Below are positions 1 through 6,286 of a stretch of DNA of 12,047 bases, piece after piece. The stretch spans positions 1 to 12,047 of the forward strand of contig JBHIAI010000051.1 of NCBI GenBank assembly GCA_046861655.1, given 5' to 3'. Position numbers and translations under genes: made by a program. Position 1 is the first letter of the stretch; each line of letters begins with the position of its first letter. A model generated the notes under the pieces. It was not told the DNA's origin, ran no database searches, and worked only from the letters and a program-made list of their open reading frames with translations. This DNA comes from Fidelibacterota bacterium. GTDB taxonomy: Bacteria > Fidelibacterota > Marinisomatia > Marinisomatales > S15-B10.

Positions 1-52
1 CGCCGGGGCGGGATAACAGCCACCCGTCCCGACCCTTCGGGACTACGCCGGA
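1..52 (-). pseudogene. tRNA-Asn(GTT)-like remnant, copy 2, truncated by the window edge
   Basis: Identical to the first 52 nt of copy 1 (162->111); anticodon-position GTT at 17-15. Confidence 0.65.
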
Positions 53-97
53 ATTATCAAGAATCTGTTCCCAGGACGGCTACCTTCTGAACGAACA

Positions 98-162
98 CGA
101 ACCCCTATCCCGCCGGGGCGGGATAACAGCCACCCGTCCCGACCCTTCGGGACTACGCCGGA
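98..162 (-). pseudogene. tRNA-Asn(GTT)-like remnant, copy 1, with palindrome-substituted arms and no 3' acceptor strand
   Basis: Minus strand reads TCCGGCG-TA-GTCCCGAAGGGTCGGGAC-G-GGTGG-CT-GTT-A-TCCCGCCCCGGCGGGAT-AGGGG-TTCG. This follows tRNA register: 7-nt acceptor strand, U8 A9, D-arm-sized hairpin, 5-nt anticodon stem, CT+GTT+A, then GGTTCG. The expected 3' T-stem and CGCCGGA are absent. Confidence 0.7.
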
Positions 163-186
163 ATTGTGGTGTCAAAAAGCGGGGAG

Positions 187-215
187 AATATATTAAGAAC
201 CTTTGAGAAGGGCAA
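187..215 (-). promoter_or_regulatory. sigma70-type promoter (-35 TTGCCC, 17-nt spacer, -10 TATATT) with a GC-rich discriminator
   Basis: Minus strand: TTGCCC (215-210), ttctcaaaggttcttaa (17 nt), TATATT (192-187), then CTCCCCGC. The -10 box lies about 25 nt upstream of the tRNA-like 5' end at 162. Confidence 0.7.
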
Positions 216-220
216 AGTCC

Positions 221-2065
221 CTACATCTCTTTTTCCGCGATCAAAACCTTTCCCTTGCTAAACAGGCTGCGCTGCAATTGTTCCCGGTTAATCATGACGA
301 CCCCGTCCTCGTCGTGGCTTTCACCGAAGACCGAGTGGATGGACTTCAATCCACCCAGCCATTTTCGTTTGTCGCACAGGTACACGAGATCACCCACTTC
401 CGCCGCCATGGCCTCCATATCGTTCTTTGACAGTCTCACCACATCCTCAGTCCCTTCTTCCACCCTCCAGTGAACCTCCACTTTCTTGCCTTCCCTGTCA
501 TTGGGTTTACCCCCCTTGAACAATTCCCGGGCCCGGCTGATATCAAAAACGGTCAGTCCTTTGATGTCTTTGTCTGGGTCGTGTCTTGAGAAAAGACTCA
601 CTGTCACCCCCACCAGAGCGCACACGAAGATATTGTAGAGTGCGCCGATGTAGATGAAGGGCTTGTCGGTCTGCATCTCAATGCCGTGGGAAAAAGGGAT
701 GATCAGCTGAGGAAAGACCTGTCCCAGTATCATGAGGGCTGCGCCTGCGGTGAAGGTTGCCACTACCGCTGTGGATGTAAACCGCCGCCAGAACACCCCC
801 AGAAAGACGGCCACCACCAGAGGAGGTGTGAAGGTGGAATGAAACCAGCCATGGGCTTCGTAGATCGTCCCGAACGAGTTGAAAACAGGGACCAGGGCGA
901 CACTCACGGCAGTGACGCCTACTGAAACCCACCGGGACACCTCCAGGAAATGGTGGTCCGAACGCTCCTTCTTGATCATGGGTTTGTAGATGTCGTTCAC
1001 GAATACGGCAGCCGAGGCATTCACCAGGGTATCGACGGTGGACATGAGGGCCGCACTCAAGGCGGCAATGATGAAACCGAAAACCCCGGGTTTTGCCACC
1101 AGGTTGGTGACTACCACAAACACATCGTTGGGATCCATCGCCGGATCGATCCGTCCCGGGAACACCTCCAGAACGGCCCGTCCGATCCAGCCCGCATTGG
1201 AGACCACGATGGCCGAGATCGGCAGGACGAGCAGTACGTTAAACGTAGCCGCCTTTCTCCCCTCGTTCACGCTCCGGGCGGCCATAAACCGCATGATCAA
1301 TCCCTGGTTCAAGAACAGAAATCCCACACTCCCTGCAATGCCATCCTGCCAGAAAATCCCCACAAAATTGAAATCGGGAGGCCGGTTGAAATTGGCCAGC
1401 GGCAGTTTGGCTTCAGTGGGAAGAGCATTCCAGAAAACGTCTATTCCACCCAGATACGTAAGCCCTAGGAAAAACAACAGTAGACCGGCAAATAACAGAA
1501 TAAATCCCTGGAGCAGATCGGTGAAAATCACAGACGTCTGTCCCCCGAAGTGCATGTAGACAGCGGTCAGGACGGCCACAACGATCACCGTTCCCATCAG
1601 GGGCAGTCCCAGGATCTTGTATAAAGCCGTAGCCAGAGTCAGGAATCCGATGGCGATGTAGCCGATCATGTACAGAAGAATCATGAGGGTGGCGAGTCTG
1701 CGGGCGGTGGGATTGAACCTGCGCTCGAAGTATTCCGGGATGGACCTAACCCGGGTATAGTAGATGATGGGCAGCCACCCGAACATGAAAAATGGCATGA
1801 AAAACCAATCATTCATGTAGGTCATGGTGGAGGAGAAACCGTACTGGAAAGCCTTTGAAGAATACTTTATGAAGCTGTGGGAGCCCACCCCTGTGGCCAC
1901 GATGGATATGGTGATGAGCCACCAGGCAAACCGCCGGCCCCCGAAGAAGAAGTCGGAGGTGGTTTTTGCATACCGGCCAAAATAGCTGCCGAATAGAAGG
2001 ATGATGACAAAATAGGTGACGATGATCACCTGGTCCAGACCTGTGCCCACGATCGATTCCGACAT
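221..2065 (-). CDS. Sodium:solute symporter (SSS/SLC5 family), 614 aa, with a soluble C-terminal extension
   Basis: SSS motifs DFFFGGR, SIPEYFERRF, Y..GGQTSVIFTDLLQ, QGLIMRFMAA and AALMSTVDT; many transmembrane segments. Start placed at ATG 2065 (MSESIV), 4 nt after the upstream stop. Confidence 0.93.
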   Translation of the reverse strand: MSESIVGTGLDQVIIVTYFVIILLFGSYFGRYAKTTSDFFFGGRRFAWWLITISIVATGVGSHSFIKYSSKAFQYGFSSTMTYMNDWFFMPFFMFGWLPIIYYTRVRSIPEYFERRFNPTARRLATLMILLYMIGYIAIGFLTLATALYKILGLPLMGTVIVVAVLTAVYMHFGGQTSVIFTDLLQGFILLFAGLLLFFLGLTYLGGIDVFWNALPTEAKLPLANFNRPPDFNFVGIFWQDGIAGSVGFLFLNQGLIMRFMAARSVNEGRKAATFNVLLVLPISAIVVSNAGWIGRAVLEVFPGRIDPAMDPNDVFVVVTNLVAKPGVFGFIIAALSAALMSTVDTLVNASAAVFVNDIYKPMIKKERSDHHFLEVSRWVSVGVTAVSVALVPVFNSFGTIYEAHGWFHSTFTPPLVVAVFLGVFWRRFTSTAVVATFTAGAALMILGQVFPQLIIPFSHGIEMQTDKPFIYIGALYNIFVCALVGVTVSLFSRHDPDKDIKGLTVFDISRARELFKGGKPNDREGKKVEVHWRVEEGTEDVVRLSKNDMEAMAAEVGDLVYLCDKRKWLGGLKSIHSVFGESHDEDGVVMINREQLQRSLFSKGKVLIAEKEM

Positions 2066-2069
2066 GGGA

Positions 2070-2279
2070 CTACCCGTTAAGGGCCCCCAGGATGACGGCG
2101 GCATGCATGAAAGCATACCACACGAAACCCACGAGCAGAATGACCAGCCACTTTCGATCTTTGCGCAGCTTCAGATCCAGGGAGTGGTGTTTGAGGATCA
2201 GGACCATGCCCACGACAAAGAACAAACCGCCCACTCCGTACAGATAGAGGTAGGGAAGCCAGGTTCGAAAGAAACCCAT
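2070..2279 (-). CDS. Small two-TM membrane protein (69 aa), candidate SSS partner subunit
   Basis: Two hydrophobic segments separated by the basic loop KHHSLDLKLRKDRK; fills the gap between the HIT and SSS genes with 2-nt and 4-nt spacers. Confidence 0.8.
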   Translation of the reverse strand: MGFFRTWLPYLYLYGVGGLFFVVGMVLILKHHSLDLKLRKDRKWLVILLVGFVWYAFMHAAVILGALNG

Positions 2280-2281
2280 TC

Positions 2282-2788
2282 TCAGTCCGAAATGCGGATC
2301 TTGTCGAATTCCGGTCTCAAAGAATCGTACGTTTCTTTGAGCCCCTCGACCACCATTTTGGTATGCCCGATGACGGGCATGTAATTGGTGTCCCCGACCC
2401 AGCGTGGAACCAGATGATAGTGGACGTGTTCCTCAATGCCGGCACCGGCTGCCTTCCCGATATTGATGCCGAAATTAAATCCTTCTGGATGAAGCTTTTT
2501 CTTCAATATGGTGATGGCGTGATCCACCAGGATCATGATCTCCGTTTTGACTTTGACCGGGAGGTCCGTGGGATCGTCCAAGTGGGCATAAGGAGCAAAC
2601 ATGAGGTGGGCATTGTTATAAGGATAAAGATTCATTATGACGAAAGAAGCGTCTCCCCGGTAGAGGATCAGTGCGTCCCGGTCATCGTTCTGTCCGGGTT
2701 TGTCACAGAAAATACACCCCTCCTCATGAGGGGCCTTGATGTAATCGATTCGCCAGGGGGCCCAAAGGGTGTCGGGAGGGTCACCCAT
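2282..2788 (-). CDS. HIT family nucleotide hydrolase/phosphorylase (Ap4A-type, FHIT/Rv2613c-like), 168 aa
   Basis: LWAPWR, CIFC, NLYPYNNAHLM, and the histidine triad GAGIEEHVHYHLVPRW. AGGAGG lies about 10 nt upstream of ATG 2788, favouring it over TTG 2809. Confidence 0.93.
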   Translation of the reverse strand: MGDPPDTLWAPWRIDYIKAPHEEGCIFCDKPGQNDDRDALILYRGDASFVIMNLYPYNNAHLMFAPYAHLDDPTDLPVKVKTEIMILVDHAITILKKKLHPEGFNFGINIGKAAGAGIEEHVHYHLVPRWVGDTNYMPVIGHTKMVVEGLKETYDSLRPEFDKIRISD

Positions 2789-2805
2789 TCCAGGCTTTCC
2801 TCCTT

Positions 2806-4893
2806 TCAACCGCTGTCGTTTTTTCTTTTGCTGGCTTCAACGATTTTCTGTTCCAGCTCCCTGGGCAGCTCCTCATAGTGGCTGAACTTCTCAGTATGGG
2901 TGCTTCTTCCCCCGGTCAACGAGCGCAACGAGGTGGAATAACGGTACAGGTTGGCCTGGGGAATAAGGGCCCGGATGATCTGGACGTCCCCTTCCGAATC
3001 CATCCCCAGAATCTTGCCCCTTCTGCCCGATATGTCACCCATGACATCCCCCATATACTCCTCGGGAACTCTCACCTCGATCTCATAGATAGGTTCCAGC
3101 AGGGAAGGCTGGGCCGCCAGAAACGATTCCTTGAACGCTTCCTTTCCGGCAATCTGGAAAGCGATATCTTTTGAATCCACAGGGTGCTGCTTACCGTCGT
3201 AGAAGTTCGCTTTCACATCCACCACCTTATACCCGGCGAGGATTCCTTCCTCACAGGCCGACTTGACCCCCTTCTCAACGGAGGGGACGAAAACCCGGTC
3301 CACACTCTGCCCCACTAATGAATTCTCGAATTCCACTCCGGACCCTCTGGGGAGAGGTTCAACTGTCATCCACACTTCAGCAAACTGGCCCGCACCCCCG
3401 GTTTGCTTCTTGTGGCGGTATTTCGACTCCCCGCGGGACCTGACGGTCTCCCGGTACGGAACCCGGGGTTCCACCAGGTCAACGTCAACGTTGAACTTCC
3501 GCTTCAGCCGTTCGGTTACGATCTCCAGTTGAAGTTCCCCCTGGCCGGAAATAATGGTCTGTTTCAGTTCAGGGTCCACGCGAAACAGGAAGGTGGGGTC
3601 TTCCTCGTGGAGGGTGGCCAGTCCGGTGGCAATCTTCTCCTCGTCTCCCTTTGACTTGGTGACCACCGCTTCATGGATATTGGGCAAAGGAAAGTCAATT
3701 TTTGGCAGTTCGATGCTCAAGCGCCTGTCGCACAGCGTATCGCCCGTATGGGTATTCTTGAGTTTCACCACGGCACCCATGTCGCCTGAAATCAGGGAGC
3801 CCGTCTCTCTGCGGCTCTTTCCATTCATGACAAACAGCTGGCCCAGACGTTCGGAGGTTTGCCGTGAGGTATTCTTGAGATCCATTCCACTTTTCACCGA
3901 TCCTGAGTAGACCCGGAAGAACGAAAGTTCCCCCACGTGCGGTTCGCTTACTGTCTTGAACACGAACAAGCTCGCCGGGGCTTCGGTGGCCGTGGGAATC
4001 TCTTCCTCCTCATCGGTCCCCGCCTTGAGGGCCCGGGTCACTTCCAGATCCGCCGGGGAAGGACAATACTTGGCGATGAGTTCCATCAACCGTCGAACGC
4101 CGATATTGCCCCCGGCAGCTGTGCAGACCAGGGGAATGAGGGAACCGCTTCTTATGGCGTCGTGGAGCCCGGCCCGGAGTTCATCTTCAGAAAGACTGCC
4201 CTGATCAAAGAACTTCTCCAAAAGCACGTCATCCGACTCGGCGATGTCTTCGATCAGTTCATCGTGAAGGGTCTCCACCCTGTCAGCCCAGTCCTCCGGG
4301 ACTTCCTCCTCCCTGTAGGACCCGCTCCCATCGGTCTCATGGGTGAGGACCTTTTTTCTGAGCACGTCTACGATCCGGTTAAAGCCCGGACCCGGATTCA
4401 AGGGGAGCTGAAAGGGTACAATCCTCCGTGAGTACCGCTCCCGGAGGGTTTCGACCACGGAATCAAAATGGCAGTTTTCCTTATCGAGCATGGTAACGGC
4501 CACCAGTCTGGGCAGCCCGTAATCCCGGGCGAATCGCCAGGCAACGTCCGTTCCTGCCTCAGGGCCCGTGACGCCGTGAACCGCGGTCACGGCAAAATCG
4601 GACACCCGGAGGGCGCTCTTGACTTCCCCGGAAAAATCGAGGAATCCGGGGGCGTCGAGAATATTGAATTTCATATCCATCCACTGGCAGGTAAGCAAAG
4701 TGGAGTTTATGGAAATCTGTCTTTCGACCTCATCGTCATGGTAATCCGAAATCGTGGTTCCATCCTCAATCCTGCCAATCCTGTTTACCTGCCCCGCATT
4801 GTACAGGAAAGCTTCAGAGAGGATCGTCTTTCCCGACGTTCCGTGACCGATAAGGGAGAAATTGCGAATATGGTGAGGGTCAACAGATGTCAT
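2806..4893 (-). CDS. fusA2: Elongation factor G paralog (EF-G2 / EF-G-like), 695 aa
   Basis: IRNFSLIGHGTSGKT, ERQISI, DAPGF, GQGELQLE, PRVPYRET, KKQTGGAGQFAEV, HPVDS, LLEPI, DVMGDISGRRGKI and LRSLTGG. Full five-domain EF-G length with non-canonical G motifs. Confidence 0.95.
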   Translation of the reverse strand: MTSVDPHHIRNFSLIGHGTSGKTILSEAFLYNAGQVNRIGRIEDGTTISDYHDDEVERQISINSTLLTCQWMDMKFNILDAPGFLDFSGEVKSALRVSDFAVTAVHGVTGPEAGTDVAWRFARDYGLPRLVAVTMLDKENCHFDSVVETLRERYSRRIVPFQLPLNPGPGFNRIVDVLRKKVLTHETDGSGSYREEEVPEDWADRVETLHDELIEDIAESDDVLLEKFFDQGSLSEDELRAGLHDAIRSGSLIPLVCTAAGGNIGVRRLMELIAKYCPSPADLEVTRALKAGTDEEEEIPTATEAPASLFVFKTVSEPHVGELSFFRVYSGSVKSGMDLKNTSRQTSERLGQLFVMNGKSRRETGSLISGDMGAVVKLKNTHTGDTLCDRRLSIELPKIDFPLPNIHEAVVTKSKGDEEKIATGLATLHEEDPTFLFRVDPELKQTIISGQGELQLEIVTERLKRKFNVDVDLVEPRVPYRETVRSRGESKYRHKKQTGGAGQFAEVWMTVEPLPRGSGVEFENSLVGQSVDRVFVPSVEKGVKSACEEGILAGYKVVDVKANFYDGKQHPVDSKDIAFQIAGKEAFKESFLAAQPSLLEPIYEIEVRVPEEYMGDVMGDISGRRGKILGMDSEGDVQIIRALIPQANLYRYSTSLRSLTGGRSTHTEKFSHYEELPRELEQKIVEASKRKNDSG

Positions 4894-5186
4894 GAAGAAT
4901 CCTTTCTCACCCCCTGCGGTACTCCCTTGGATACTCTGGAAGTCTTGTCGATAAACTCTCTGAGTGCCGGTACAAGGTACCGACCCGTGATATCAAGATT
5001 CCCGAAGGTTTCACCCAGGATCCGCAGGCGAGACTCCAGGGGTTTGGTTTGATTGATAACGATGAATTCTTCGTCCCGGACCTTGCAATACCCGCCTCTA
5101 AAATCACCTCTTCCTTCAACCAGAACGATTCCCATCTGTTCCGCCAGCTGCTCAAAATGAGAAAAAAGCTCCTCCGGTTTCATCAC
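4890..5186 (-). CDS. Conserved-looking hypothetical protein, 97-98 aa (start GTG 5186 or ATG 5183)
   Basis: Overlaps the upstream stop (GTGATG) and the fusA2 start (ATGA); globular composition (GDFRGGYC, IVIN, YLVPALREFI). Confidence 0.8.
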   Translation of the reverse strand: MMKPEELFSHFEQLAEQMGIVLVEGRGDFRGGYCKVRDEEFIVINQTKPLESRLRILGETFGNLDITGRYLVPALREFIDKTSRVSKGVPQGVRKDSS

Positions 5187-6286
5187 AAAAGGTCCTGTCG
5201 TCCGGCTTTTTTCAGAAGGGTCACAATCTTCTTGACGTCCTCCACCCGGTCCATGCGGGCCACCAGGGTCGCGTCCTCCACATTGATGACCACCACGTTC
5301 TCCAGACCCACCACCGCCGTCATCCTTCCGTTGGAGTGAATCAGGTTGTTCCGGGAGTCCAGCACAAGAACGTCCCCTTTCAGGACGTTTCCCTCACCGT
5401 TCTTGGTCAACAATTCGTAATAGGAGTTCCACGATCCCACATCGCTCCATTCGAAGGAGGTCTTCACGACGCAGATGTTGTCGGCTTTTTCCAGGATGCC
5501 GTAATCGACAGACTCGGGCCTGAGAAGTTCCCACCGGGACTCCAGGGTGTCTTCATACTCTTTTGACCCGATAGCACCACCTATTTGCCCGAGAATTTCA
5601 TGATGTTCGGGAAGGTGACGTTCCATGGCTTCAAGGTAGGTGGAAGCCTGCCAAACGAATATGCCGCTGTTCCAGAGGAAATCTCCACTTTTTAGGAACT
5701 TTTCAGCCACAGACCGGGTGGGTTTCTCAGCAAACGTTTTTACTTTGTAGGCCCTACCTTCGACCAGTTCATGACGTTTATCAAACTGGATGTAACCGTA
5801 TCCTGTATGGGGAGAGGAAGGCGTGATACCGATGGTCACCAGAACGTCCTGGGATTGGGCCAGATCTCGGGCAGTCTCAAGAGTTCTGGCAAATATCCTA
5901 TGCCCCACAATCAGATGGTCCGACGGAAAGACGCCCACCACGGATGCGCCGTCATTTTTCACGATGTGGTGAATGGCAAGTCCGATGCAGGGAGCGGTGT
6001 TCTTACCCGAAGGTTCCACGATGACGTGCTCTGGAGGGACGCCCTCAATACCGTCCACCACATGATCCGCCAGGTCCTCTCCCGTGATGATGTAGGTCCC
6101 CTTCACGAAATCGATTTTCCTCAACCGGTCGACGGTCATCTGAAGCATGGACCGCTCCCCGATGATGTTCAACAACTGCTTGGGGCGGCTATTCCGGCTT
6201 AGGGGCCAGAACCGGGTTCCCCGGCCTCCTGCCATGATCACAGCGTGAAATCGTGGGGATTTCATATCCTGAGTACTACTCCTCAT
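5183..6286 (-). CDS. manC: Mannose-1-phosphate guanylyltransferase, monofunctional (no C-terminal PMI cupin); alternative start at 6265
   Basis: AVIMAGGRGTRFWPLSR..RPKQ, EPSGKNTAP, GYGYI, FAEKP, WNSGIF, SVDYGILEK and WSDVGSW, followed by a short beta-helix-like tail. Confidence 0.93.
   Translation of the reverse strand: MRSSTQDMKSPRFHAVIMAGGRGTRFWPLSRNSRPKQLLNIIGERSMLQMTVDRLRKIDFVKGTYIITGEDLADHVVDGIEGVPPEHVIVEPSGKNTAPCIGLAIHHIVKNDGASVVGVFPSDHLIVGHRIFARTLETARDLAQSQDVLVTIGITPSSPHTGYGYIQFDKRHELVEGRAYKVKTFAEKPTRSVAEKFLKSGDFLWNSGIFVWQASTYLEAMERHLPEHHEILGQIGGAIGSKEYEDTLESRWELLRPESVDYGILEKADNICVVKTSFEWSDVGSWNSYYELLTKNGEGNVLKGDVLVLDSRNNLIHSNGRMTAVVGLENVVVINVEDATLVARMDRVEDVKKIVTLLKKAGRQDLL

Larger units (their letters stand above)
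1..165. repeat. Direct repeat: 1-55 is identical to 111-165 (period 110 nt); the left copy is cut by the window edge
   Basis: cgccggggcgggataacagccacccgtcccgacccttcgggactacgccggaatt occurs at 1-55 and 111-165; identity ends at 56(a) versus 166(g). Confidence 0.97.

Noticed and set aside
90..162. Functional tRNA-Asn gene
   Set aside because: No 3' T-stem or acceptor strand (CGCCGGA), no canonical D-loop, and no 7-nt anticodon loop closed by a proper stem.
1..165. CRISPR array call for the 55-nt repeat
   Set aside because: Only two copies are visible, the repeat is at least 55 nt and tRNA-like, spacer uniqueness is unknown, and there are no cas genes in the window.
2066..2116. Longer SSS start at 2116 from the ORF track
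   Set aside because: It overlaps the 69-aa gene; ATG 2065 follows that gene's stop by 4 nt and gives a typical SSS N-terminus.
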